Shown in pieces: positions 46,724 through 55,932 of a stretch of 64,000 bases of DNA. Numbering within the stretch: position 1 is the stretch's first letter; the number at the start of each line of letters is the position of its first letter. The DNA comes from Alistipes sp. (GTDB taxonomy: Bacteria > Bacteroidota > Bacteroidia > Bacteroidales > Rikenellaceae). The stretch spans positions 21,453-85,452 of the forward strand of contig JAFOBG010000049.1 of NCBI GenBank assembly GCA_017381935.1. Reading direction: 5' to 3'. The notes below the pieces were generated by a model. It searched no databases. It saw only the letters and a program-made list of their open reading frames with translations, and had not been told where the DNA came from. The position numbers and the translations under genes were made by a program.

Positions 46724-49072
46724 TTACTTACACTCCCAAGCTCTAAGAACTTTACGAGGCTGTGGCACGCAAAGGGTTGAGAGAGCAGGCGCTGATGAAG
46801 TAGCTGCTGACGCAGGATTATAGTTAGGATAGTAATCTTTAAGAGTCTTAAAGGCTGTTCCATCCCAAATTGAGTAAGCAACCTCTCCACGAACATCATT
46901 CTGGCTATAAGGAAGACAAAGTGCTACAATAACTCTATCTGCAGGCTGCTCAAGTGTTGTTACTGTATTATCAGTCTGCAAGCCCTGGGCATTACAGTAT
47001 GTTCTCCACTTCTTAAGCATCTCTTCTGCTGTATAGTAGTTCTCGTTACCCAGATACTTAATACCAAGTGCATCGTTATCCAACTCCTTATCACCTGCAA
47101 GATATAGCATACGTGCAGTTTGATCATTTGCAGTAAAGGTAAAAGTTACAGTTCCTGTATTAGAATTATGGGTACCTGTAATGCTTGCATGAACATCATC
47201 GCCTGCAGCAACACCTGGCAGAGTTATCTCAGCAAACTTAAGTTCGCCAACAACACCATTCCAATCCTCGCACATATAAGCATACTTAACCTTTGTACCA
47301 GGAGTAAAGCCAGGAAGAGTAAAGGTATCAAAACCAGACTTATCTGCAGCCCAATTATTTGAAACAAGACCCTCTGCATCTCCAGGCAGACCAAAGCCTA
47401 AGAACGAGAGGAATGTCTCACGACTTGACTCTGCTGAAGGCTGTGTACTACCATCAAGAATAGGCTCGATATACTGGAAACGGATACCTGCATGTCTCTT
47501 TATATCATACTTAACATTGATAGTAACAGCAGTTCTACCACTTGCAGCAAGGGTAAGCTGGCAATCAGATTGGCAAGCTGATGGATTATCTACAACAAGG
47601 CTCTTAGTCTTAAATGGTGCTGTAAACTTAACATCAGACAGCTCCTGAACTCGGTTACGGCAGACATAAGCAACAACATACTCGGTATCTGGATTAAGAT
47701 AATGCACCTCCTGTGCAGTATAACCTGAACCAAATGTATTGCTATTCTCGTCATAATGATACTTCTCATTCTTAAAGCCATAACCCTCATTATTAAGAGT
47801 GATAGCTAATGATTTACGCTCAGCCTCAGTACCATTCTTATACGCCTCAGCCTGCTCTGAGGTCATAAACTTATAGAACATATATGGGGTATTGCCCTCA
47901 GCTGTAATCTCAATCCAACCATAAGATGCACCCATCATACTCTCAACAATCTTTATAGTTCCCTCGGCAGGTGCAAAAGTAGGCTTTTCAAGCAATGTAA
48001 AGACTTTGTAGTCCATAGTTGCTGCCGGAGTATAGTTCTCATCTAATGCAATAGCAGTTGCCATAATAGGCACATCTGACGATGCATTCTGACCGAAATC
48101 AATATAGAAGTGGCAGCTGTCAGGGTCTGATGCAGAGATAGGCTCACCAATTACAGAGTGGCGCATAAAGTCGATATAGAGTTTCTCGCCATAAACATCG
48201 ATATATGGTTTAAGATCGGACTCATTTGAGCACCACTGGTAGAGATACTTACAGTCGCTGTTTGGCTCATAGGTAATCTCCATTGCTGTATAGTTAACCT
48301 TCACATTTACATTCACTCTTGGGCTACCTACAAGTGGTGTTGAAGGGGTCTTAACATAACATAGAGACATATCGCCATCATCTGTACCATCCTTATCATA
48401 GCAAGCAACGATAATAATGATATACTCAGAGTCTGGCACAACACGGACCTGAGAGTACTCAGTATTCATCCAATCGAACTCCTTAGCTGCATAATCCTCA
48501 TGTGTTGTAGGGTCAAATGTATAGGCGCCTGAACCTGTTGAGTTAAAGATAAGGTCGCGAATATATGTATCAACCATGCGAGCATCCAAAGAGCTTCTGC
48601 CCTCTGACTTCATTCGCTCATAGAGCGAGTTATAGAGGTGTGCAAGCGGATATACGTCAAGACGATATGACTGTACATACTCTCCCGGACGAGCTGTAAA
48701 GATAAAGTTTCTATTCTCAATCTTTGTAACATCAATGCTAACACCATCCTTAGATGCTATAACCTTATCTTGATATGCTACAATCGGGGTTGGCACATTC
48801 GGATAGATATTTACAGGTGTCTGAGTCTCACCACCCTGGCCTGGATTATCCTCACCGCCTTGACCTGGATTATCCTCACCGCCTTGGCCTGGGTTATCCT
48901 CACCGCCCTGACCTGGGTCATCAGGATTTCCCGGTTTCTCTGGATTGTCATTACCTCCACCAGGCTGCTCCTGCTCATTCCCATTATTAACCGGAGCATC
49001 ATCTCCACATGATACTGTTACGCTAACTGTAAGTAGCGCACAAAGCATCATTACAAAAAATTTCTTAATCAT
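46724..49072 (-). CDS. Large surface lipoprotein (782 aa) with an N-terminal PGQGGEDN repeat linker
   Basis: The lipobox is VTVSC. The linker is NDNPEKPGNPDDPGQGGEDNPGQGGEDNPGQGGEDNPGQGGETQ. The rest is unassigned. Confidence 0.7.
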   Translation of the reverse strand: MIKKFFVMMLCALLTVSVTVSCGDDAPVNNGNEQEQPGGGNDNPEKPGNPDDPGQGGEDNPGQGGEDNPGQGGEDNPGQGGETQTPVNIYPNVPTPIVAYQDKVIASKDGVSIDVTKIENRNFIFTARPGEYVQSYRLDVYPLAHLYNSLYERMKSEGRSSLDARMVDTYIRDLIFNSTGSGAYTFDPTTHEDYAAKEFDWMNTEYSQVRVVPDSEYIIIIVACYDKDGTDDGDMSLCYVKTPSTPLVGSPRVNVNVKVNYTAMEITYEPNSDCKYLYQWCSNESDLKPYIDVYGEKLYIDFMRHSVIGEPISASDPDSCHFYIDFGQNASSDVPIMATAIALDENYTPAATMDYKVFTLLEKPTFAPAEGTIKIVESMMGASYGWIEITAEGNTPYMFYKFMTSEQAEAYKNGTEAERKSLAITLNNEGYGFKNEKYHYDENSNTFGSGYTAQEVHYLNPDTEYVVAYVCRNRVQELSDVKFTAPFKTKSLVVDNPSACQSDCQLTLAASGRTAVTINVKYDIKRHAGIRFQYIEPILDGSTQPSAESSRETFLSFLGFGLPGDAEGLVSNNWAADKSGFDTFTLPGFTPGTKVKYAYMCEDWNGVVGELKFAEITLPGVAAGDDVHASITGTHNSNTGTVTFTFTANDQTARMLYLAGDKELDNDALGIKYLGNENYYTAEEMLKKWRTYCNAQGLQTDNTVTTLEQPADRVIVALCLPYSQNDVRGEVAYSIWDGTAFKTLKDYYPNYNPASAATSSAPALSTLCVPQPRKVLRAWECK
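48827..48916 (-). repeat. 24-nt in-frame tandem repeat, about 3.75 copies
   Basis: The + strand reads cctggattatcctcaccgccttga / cctggattatcctcaccgccttgg / cctgggttatcctcaccgccctga / cctgggtcatc…. The copies are near-identical. Confidence 0.85.
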
Positions 49073-49077
49073 AGTAT

Positions 49078-51924
49078 CTATTTTTTATAATCGTAATCTA
49101 CACTTCCATTTATCGGGCACACAGCGGCATTGATAACAGAGCCCTTACTGTCAAACACTAAAGCACATAGGCTACACTTATCAGCCTTCCAGCTACCATC
49201 AAGAGTAAAGTTATAGCTCTTTTGGCTCTTCTCTCCCGCCTTAATTTCACCAATGCGGTCGCCCTCATACATAGAGCTGACCATTGCTCTTACAACGTGG
49301 TTATGAGTATAGTTTTCTTTATATATTCCGCTATCATTCTGTCTTGCTACAATACCATCCTCAAGGATATAGAGCGCAAGGCGATAGTTATCACTCTTAG
49401 CCGCATAAAGCTCAACATCTACACTACTATCTGTACTTGTCATCTTTACTCCGCAAGTTGCAGGGTAGTCGTTAAACGAACGCTCTATCATAGCCTGAAT
49501 CTCAGTCTTTTCACTTGTTCCCTCTCGCATATCGACAACAAATCCAGGAAAACCTGCAAGGGCAAATTTGTTAAAAATCTCGTTTGTCAACGGTATGCCC
49601 ATAGGGTCATTTGATGTAGAGTCATGGAAGGCAAGGATATGAACTGTATCATGGCTCCAATAGTCCTCAATAAGGTACTTGAGGAAGGTATATCCACCAG
49701 GACACATTGCACACCAGGTACCTGTAAACTCAAAGACAGACACGTGGCGGTTAAATGCCACATCAGCAGTCTCGCCACCACTATCTCCACTATTATCCTC
49801 CAAAGCATAGCCTACACTTTGGCCTAACTTACACTCGTTGGTATTATTACAGTTGTAAGTTACGCCACCATCAGTAGTTGATAGAGCAGAGACCACAACA
49901 CGCATATTCTCAGCATTCCAACTACTCTTTAGCGTAGTTACAATAGGTGTTGCAAGAGCTGTATCATTGCCTGCTACAAGCGTTGCTCCACCATTAAATC
50001 TATCGCCATAGATATTTCCAGACAACACCTCTCGAACTACATTATTATGAGTATAGTCTCCGGAAACGCCATACTGCTCTGCCACAATACCATCCTCAAC
50101 AAGCATTACAAGATAGCGATAGCTTGACTCTGTATTGGACATAATTCTCGGAACTATTGTAACTTCTCGTGTTGCCGCCTGGTAAGTAGTCGTAATTGCC
50201 ACACCGCACGTTGGAGGGTAGTTTGCCACACGTTTTGCCATCTCGCTCTCAATAACTGAGCGATTAGATGTCATCTGCTCGCCCTCACGAAGGTCGAGGT
50301 AGAACATCGGAAGTCCATTACCCTTTAATTTTTTATAATAGGTATCACCTATAGCGACCTTCATCGGGTCTGCTACATTATAGTCAAGATGGAACGACAC
50401 TGGCACAAGGCGATTAGGGTGTGCAATTTGTATAGACTTAATAACATTGCTCAATGTAGGGCAATTCTGGCAACCAATAGATGTAAATTGCATACCAAGC
50501 AGTTTATGGCGGAAATCCTGCTTCTCTCCGACCTCTGCTGAGGTTGCAGTTACCGTAATCTCATTCTCAGAATATATCTCGCCACCTTTATAATAACGAG
50601 CCTTAAAGGTATAGGACCCAGGAACGGTAGTTGTAAAGCTGTTTGCTCCAGCAGTAAACTCTACATTTTCGCCATTAAAGGTACGAATGAGTGTCAAAGT
50701 AGGGTCTTTGCTCACATCCTCTGCACCATATTTGGTAGTAAAGGTAACGCAATCTACGCCATCAGCCTTGATAAATGTCTTATCAGCCGAGAGTATCAAT
50801 TTCTGTTCTGGAATACCATCGTAATACTCAACGGCCATGTAGTCAGCACTACCACCAATCTTACACTGGTTAGCATTATCAACAAAGACCTTTCCGTTGC
50901 GCTTTGTAAGTGCAAAAACCACCACACGCATATTTGCAGCATCGGTGTACTTCAAATTCTCAACCGTAAAACTCTTTGTGCGCTCTACATTAGGGGCTGT
51001 TGTAATCTTGGCATCTGTCATACCAAGAAAGTTATCCGAAAAAGCAACCACAATATCGTTATACAGGTCATCAACGGCATATCCTCCAGTATAATACTGA
51101 TTATCAAGCAATACTGCATAGCCAAACTCATACTCTCCACCTGTAGCCGATGTCAGTGCAGCCTCAATTGTAAGGGTTGTGCCCACTAACTTCGTGCTCT
51201 CGATTTTCACGCCACAAGTTGCAGGGTACTCCTTAATATGCTTCTCAAGCAAATCGCCAATCTCCTTTGGTGTGCGGGCTTTGCCGTTGAGGTACTGAAG
51301 GTCATATACGCAACTCGGATAACCCTGACCACCAAATCGACTAAGCATGGTTGTAGCCAAGTCGTTACCTTCGTGCAAGAGATCCCACGGGTCGTTGTTA
51401 TGCACTGCAAGCACAATCATATTTCTCTTCCACAGCTCATCTACATTCTCTAAACCGGCAGTCATTGTTGGGCAGTTTGAGCACCATGCTCCCGTAAGGT
51501 CATAAATCATAACCTTTTGACCATAAGCCTCATACTTTTCACGATTTACTGCCTTTACCTGCACAGAGTTTGCCGACTGCTGACCCTTATATGTGGCTAC
51601 AAAGGAGTAGTCGCCATTCTTAACTGCTGTAAATGTTGTAGAATAACGTTCAAGACGGTTCCCACTCTTTTCATGGACTATATAGACCTTTGAGAGCGTT
51701 GCCTCGTCATTCATCAACTCCTGTCCATCAAAAGTTAGCGAAAAGGTAACAAAATCCTCTCCATCTGCCTCTATTGTCGTCTTATCGACACTCAGCACAA
51801 GCTTATTATCTACCTGCGGAGTATCCGGAGTCTGATTGTCCACAACAAGGTCATTAACATCTCCATGGCAACCCACAGTAAGCATTGCCACGATAAGTGT
51901 TATATATTGTACTAACCCCTTCAT
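49078..51924 (-). CDS. Lipoprotein (948 aa) with three thioredoxin-like CxxC modules (Omp28-related-like) interleaved with Ig-like domains
   Basis: The lipobox is MLTVGC. Three paralogous modules carry GAWCSNCP, SIGCQNCP and GTWCAMCP. Each is followed by YP(A/P)TCGV and YTHN(N/H)VVR-type motifs. Two modules are preceded by L(V/I)LS(V/A)DKT.I.ADG.D.VTF Ig-like segments. Confidence 0.7.
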   Translation of the reverse strand: MKGLVQYITLIVAMLTVGCHGDVNDLVVDNQTPDTPQVDNKLVLSVDKTTIEADGEDFVTFSLTFDGQELMNDEATLSKVYIVHEKSGNRLERYSTTFTAVKNGDYSFVATYKGQQSANSVQVKAVNREKYEAYGQKVMIYDLTGAWCSNCPTMTAGLENVDELWKRNMIVLAVHNNDPWDLLHEGNDLATTMLSRFGGQGYPSCVYDLQYLNGKARTPKEIGDLLEKHIKEYPATCGVKIESTKLVGTTLTIEAALTSATGGEYEFGYAVLLDNQYYTGGYAVDDLYNDIVVAFSDNFLGMTDAKITTAPNVERTKSFTVENLKYTDAANMRVVVFALTKRNGKVFVDNANQCKIGGSADYMAVEYYDGIPEQKLILSADKTFIKADGVDCVTFTTKYGAEDVSKDPTLTLIRTFNGENVEFTAGANSFTTTVPGSYTFKARYYKGGEIYSENEITVTATSAEVGEKQDFRHKLLGMQFTSIGCQNCPTLSNVIKSIQIAHPNRLVPVSFHLDYNVADPMKVAIGDTYYKKLKGNGLPMFYLDLREGEQMTSNRSVIESEMAKRVANYPPTCGVAITTTYQAATREVTIVPRIMSNTESSYRYLVMLVEDGIVAEQYGVSGDYTHNNVVREVLSGNIYGDRFNGGATLVAGNDTALATPIVTTLKSSWNAENMRVVVSALSTTDGGVTYNCNNTNECKLGQSVGYALEDNSGDSGGETADVAFNRHVSVFEFTGTWCAMCPGGYTFLKYLIEDYWSHDTVHILAFHDSTSNDPMGIPLTNEIFNKFALAGFPGFVVDMREGTSEKTEIQAMIERSFNDYPATCGVKMTSTDSSVDVELYAAKSDNYRLALYILEDGIVARQNDSGIYKENYTHNHVVRAMVSSMYEGDRIGEIKAGEKSQKSYNFTLDGSWKADKCSLCALVFDSKGSVINAAVCPINGSVDYDYKK

Positions 51925-51927
51925 TAT

Positions 51928-53553
51928 TTAGAAACTTGTAGTTATCATCAAATTTGCACCCGTATAAGCCGGTATATTTCGACACACACCACCTGAGCAG
52001 ACCACACCGGCACGATTTCGGCCATAGCTAAGTTGAATACGTGTACGAGACTTAGTATAGCTTACTCCTGCGTTGTAATAATGTATCTTAGTCTGACCAT
52101 GATTGTACATATCGCTTGCAAAGATGCTCCAATTTGGTGCGAAGTTAACCTCTGCAAGTGCAGCCATCCAATCCTTTTTATCATGCTTTGAGTAGAGATA
52201 CTGCAACTCAAGACGTGTAGAGATGGTCGGAGTCCATTTATAGAGCATATCGGCAACAAAGATGTTACTCTTCCATGTATAGTTATTCACACCATGAGAG
52301 TCGTTATACTCTTGGAACGAGTAGAGGAAGTTTAATTTAAACTTTCTTGTAAACTGCTTCTCCAATGTAAAGTTTACACTCTGCCAAAGCAGATTATTTG
52401 CCTTTGCCGAGCGATCCTTAACAAGCGAATAGTAGGTCGAATAGTTTAAGCCCAACTTCATACCACGCTTGCCACCCAACTTGGTACGACGAGCCACATT
52501 GTAATAGATATCTACCTGACCACCTATCTCTCCAGGACCGCAATAGCTACCCAACATTGTACTTGGTTGCACAATATACGGATTGAGGTTTGTCAACAAA
52601 TATGAGTATTGGGCTGTTAGAGCCGGGATATAGTTAAGAGCATTTGCTGTCGAGGTGTTACGATATACAATAGGCATATCCATATACTCCAATCGGCGTG
52701 CTGTAACATTTACACCTAAGCCATGGCCACTATAGCCAACCTCAATCAGCTGTGCGTTACCATTCTTGATAAGGTCGATACGAGGGTCGTTAACTCCATC
52801 ATAACCGCCATTAGGATAGTGTCTTTCTCCTGCATCAATATACTCAGCCTTGACAATAAAGCCCTTATGCTCAAAGTTTACTCGGCCGGAGAAGCCTGTT
52901 GATGTAGGCTTGCCACCCTCCTCCTTCAAATCGGCAGATATCACCTCATAGCGATTAAGCACAGAGCCCTCAATGGCAAAAAGAGTCTTTGTCCAACCTG
53001 CAAGATTAGAGATAGCAAATGAAATATCACCTCCTCGAACCTGTGTATCTGAAAACTCCATACCCAGACGTGGCATACCCCAGATAGCCTTTACGCCTAA
53101 GATATCTTTGTAGTTGTATGTAAATCGAGCACCCATAAGTGCGCTATTCATACCTAAAGTACGGTCCTCATAAGAACGAAACAATAGTCCGCTACCGAAC
53201 TGTTCATAATATGTTCCCGCAGTAATCGAGAAGCTATCATCAACCCATGACGCATAATAATTTGTTAATCCAACCTTAGACAAATTAGTTGGATATCCCT
53301 GAAGGACAGGAAGATAGCCCTCCATCTGTACTCCTGCAGAGAACTTTCCGCGATAATAGTCAAGTTTCAAATAGTTGTTAGAGCCAAAGTTATCCTCAGG
53401 AACTATAGCCGCAGTTTTGTTATCCTCAACATAATATATTGAGTTGGTTTCAAAACTACCGGTCAAACGGCCCGTTTTATCCTCACCTCTCTCTCTTGCC
53501 GAAACAACACCTACAAGCGATAGACAAGTGAATAAAATTGCAAGTCTCTTCAT
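51928..53553 (-). CDS. Putative outer-membrane beta-barrel (porin-like) protein
   Basis: The signal peptide is MKRLAILFTCLSLVGVVSA. Alternating beta-strand patterns rich in Y and G run throughout, and the C-terminal residue is Phe (…NLMITTSF). Confidence 0.6.
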   Translation of the reverse strand: MKRLAILFTCLSLVGVVSARERGEDKTGRLTGSFETNSIYYVEDNKTAAIVPEDNFGSNNYLKLDYYRGKFSAGVQMEGYLPVLQGYPTNLSKVGLTNYYASWVDDSFSITAGTYYEQFGSGLLFRSYEDRTLGMNSALMGARFTYNYKDILGVKAIWGMPRLGMEFSDTQVRGGDISFAISNLAGWTKTLFAIEGSVLNRYEVISADLKEEGGKPTSTGFSGRVNFEHKGFIVKAEYIDAGERHYPNGGYDGVNDPRIDLIKNGNAQLIEVGYSGHGLGVNVTARRLEYMDMPIVYRNTSTANALNYIPALTAQYSYLLTNLNPYIVQPSTMLGSYCGPGEIGGQVDIYYNVARRTKLGGKRGMKLGLNYSTYYSLVKDRSAKANNLLWQSVNFTLEKQFTRKFKLNFLYSFQEYNDSHGVNNYTWKSNIFVADMLYKWTPTISTRLELQYLYSKHDKKDWMAALAEVNFAPNWSIFASDMYNHGQTKIHYYNAGVSYTKSRTRIQLSYGRNRAGVVCSGGVCRNIPAYTGANLMITTSF

Positions 53554-53574
53554 CTTTACAAAAAAATAGAATAA

Positions 53575-54066
53575 CTATTTGAGCGATTTGATTTTATCTA
53601 TCAACTCCTGCTCTGCACCTGGAGTATAACCGGTATGAGAATAGACAATCTTTCCGTCCTTATCTACAACAAAAACCTGTGGAGTGTAAGAGACATTCAT
53701 TGCACGCATAAACTCCTGATTTTTATCAAAAAGTACTGTAAAGTCGTTCCAACCATGGCCCTCTACCCACGCTCTTGCCTGAGCAGAGAAGCGACTATCA
53801 TCTGTTGAAACAGCTACAACACGGAAGGAGGCCTCGTCTAACCAATCAGGCATAGCATCGTTAATTGCATCCAACTCTCGAATACATGGCTTGCATGTTA
53901 CAGCCCAAAAAGAGATAATGATAGGTGTCTTACCATCAACCAATGAGGATGTATTGACAAGTTCGCCTTTTCTGTTCTCAAGCTTTACAGACGGTAACTG
54001 TGCCTGTGCTGAAAATGCAACAACAACAGCAACAACCATCAAAAAGATAGTCTTAATTTTTTGCAT
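53575..54066 (-). CDS. TlpA/ResA-like periplasmic thiol:disulfide oxidoreductase
   Basis: The start is trimmed to the ATG at 54066 (MQKIKTIFLMVVAVVVAFSAQA). The active site is FWAVTCKPC. The pattern TPQVFVVDKDGKIVYSH is typical of the family. Confidence 0.85.
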   Translation of the reverse strand: MQKIKTIFLMVVAVVVAFSAQAQLPSVKLENRKGELVNTSSLVDGKTPIIISFWAVTCKPCIRELDAINDAMPDWLDEASFRVVAVSTDDSRFSAQARAWVEGHGWNDFTVLFDKNQEFMRAMNVSYTPQVFVVDKDGKIVYSHTGYTPGAEQELIDKIKSLK

Positions 54067-54160
54067 AACTATTCCCAAATTATAAATATTGTTCCATAAC
54101 CACACCACCCCAACAACAAGAAGTGCATAAATCACAGATAAATTGTGATTTCTCAAGTTG

Positions 54161-54168
54161 CAAAGGTA
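54161..54168 (-). promoter_or_regulatory. -7 box TAccTTTG on the - strand, upstream of the TlpA-led cluster
   Basis: The + strand reads caaaggta, about 95 nt upstream of the ATG at 54066. Confidence 0.3.
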
Positions 54169-54258
54169 TATATAATTTTTCTGTTTTTTACACCCTTTTC
54201 GCAAGAAATATTTAATTTTTTTTAATTTCGCATATCCATTATTTATGCAGAATCTCTC

Positions 54259-55827
54259 TTATTTATCCGTAGGATATGTTATATTGAGTTTAAAAAGAGG
54301 ATTCTCAATATCCTCATGCGACTCCTCTATAGCTCGCCACATTGCAGCTATAATCTCCGGATTCTGTGCTGCCAAATTATGTTCCTCTCGAGGGTCATTT
54401 TTAATATTAAATAGTTGCATCTGGGTATTTCCATCTGCGACATCCACAACAAGCCCTTTCCACTCACCCATTCTTACGCTCAGCCAGCCTCTATCATTGC
54501 GGAAAGGAGGGAACTCCCAATATAGGTACTTGTGCTCCTTCTGCCTCTTACCAACCAATGTTGGGAGGAGTGAAATGCCATCTGTTTTAGGGCTCTTAAC
54601 ACCGGCCAAGTCGCACAGAGTAGGCATTATATCAGGGAAATAACCTATATGTTCACTTACTGTCGGGGTAAGTCTATCTCCCCATGCCACAATAAACGGC
54701 ATACGAATTCCGCCCTCATGCAAAGAGCGTTTTGTCCACCCCTTATCACTTCGGAATGGATGTGCGCAATCAAACCAATTGGTATTTGTATAGGCATTAT
54801 GAGTAGGGCCGTTATCGCTGGTTATCATTATTATAGTATTGTCATACAACCCCTTAGCCTTCAGATAATCGACCAATTTACCTATCTGAAAATCGAGATA
54901 CGATATCATTGCGGCATAAGTTGCCTTAGGGTATCGAGTTGGGAAGTAGCCTTTACCCGTATATACGGGCGGTTCATCACCAAACTTCTTGACATACTTT
55001 TCCACCCATTTATCAGGTGCCGTCAGCGCACTATGTGGGATTGTCGTAGTCCACATCAGAAAGAATTCATCCTCTCTATTTTTATCTATAAAACTCTCTA
55101 TACGCTCATAGATTGCATCCGGACTATATGTTGAACCTTTAAATTTATCATAGCTCTCCATCTTATATGGGTCTGCGCCTTTATCAAGACGATCTCCCAA
55201 ATCCATTACCGGATTATTGGTATATTCCCTCTCCAAGCCATTATACAAGAATGGAGGATAGTAACACTGCGCCATACGTTGACACATATAGCCATAGAAG
55301 TAATCAAAACCCATATTTAGCGGAGTGCTATTTGATGTAGGGCCACCCAAACCCCATTTCCCAATCATGGCAGTACGGTAACCCGCATCTTTCATCACTG
55401 TTGCCAAAGTAGTTGTACCCTCTGCAAGCGGTGCCTGCCCCTCAAGCTCAGGATTTTCTCGCATTGCAACAATACTCCACACATCACCACGCCCTAACAT
55501 CTCATCATTCGAGCGTATCTGAGCATGTCCTGAATGCATACCCGTCATCAGGCAACAACGTGATGGCGCAGAGACAGGGGCTCCTGCATACATATCTGTA
55601 AACCGCACGCCACGAGCAGCAAGTGCATCTATATTAGGAGTCTCTATTTTTGTCTGCCCATAACAACCGAAATCACCATATCCGGCATCATCCAAAAGGA
55701 TAAAGATTACATTGGGACGATTACCATCCTTTTTTTTCACACTTTTCTGAGCAGCAATTGCCTCGGCAGATATACTTGAAGCTATTGCGCATAGCATTGT
55801 AGTTGCTACTATATTACTGTTTCTCAT
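54259..55827 (-). CDS. Sulfatase (arylsulfatase family), Ser-type
   Basis: A signal peptide is present. The motifs are NVIFILLDDAGYGDFG and the formylglycine motif SAPSRCCLMTG, which has Ser in place of Cys. Confidence 0.9.
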   Translation of the reverse strand: MRNSNIVATTMLCAIASSISAEAIAAQKSVKKKDGNRPNVIFILLDDAGYGDFGCYGQTKIETPNIDALAARGVRFTDMYAGAPVSAPSRCCLMTGMHSGHAQIRSNDEMLGRGDVWSIVAMRENPELEGQAPLAEGTTTLATVMKDAGYRTAMIGKWGLGGPTSNSTPLNMGFDYFYGYMCQRMAQCYYPPFLYNGLEREYTNNPVMDLGDRLDKGADPYKMESYDKFKGSTYSPDAIYERIESFIDKNREDEFFLMWTTTIPHSALTAPDKWVEKYVKKFGDEPPVYTGKGYFPTRYPKATYAAMISYLDFQIGKLVDYLKAKGLYDNTIIMITSDNGPTHNAYTNTNWFDCAHPFRSDKGWTKRSLHEGGIRMPFIVAWGDRLTPTVSEHIGYFPDIMPTLCDLAGVKSPKTDGISLLPTLVGKRQKEHKYLYWEFPPFRNDRGWLSVRMGEWKGLVVDVADGNTQMQLFNIKNDPREEHNLAAQNPEIIAAMWRAIEESHEDIENPLFKLNITYPTDK

Positions 55828-55875
55828 ATATTTATACGGCTATCCGGCACAAAATTACTCTTTTTTACAAAAAGA

Positions 55876-55908
55876 TTTGCACCGTTTGCACATTTTTTTA
55901 TATCTTTG
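55876..55908 (+). promoter_or_regulatory. Bacteroides-type promoter for the tRNA gene
   Basis: The -33 TTTG is at 55876-55879, a 21-nt spacer follows, and the -7 TAtcTTTG is at 55901-55908. The tRNA starts at 55933. Confidence 0.5.
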
Positions 55909-55932
55909 CACTCGCAAATGTGAAAACATTTC

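Noticed and set aside
48770-49012. Reading the repetitive DNA as a possible CRISPR array or mobile-element repeat.
   Set aside because: The 24-nt units are directly adjacent with no spacers, in frame, and inside a long ORF (the PGQGGEDN linker). No cas genes are present.
54245-55134. Two + strand ORFs (132 aa and 161 aa) overlapping the sulfatase gene.
   Set aside because: They are antisense to a gene with unambiguous sulfatase motifs, so they are shadow ORFs.
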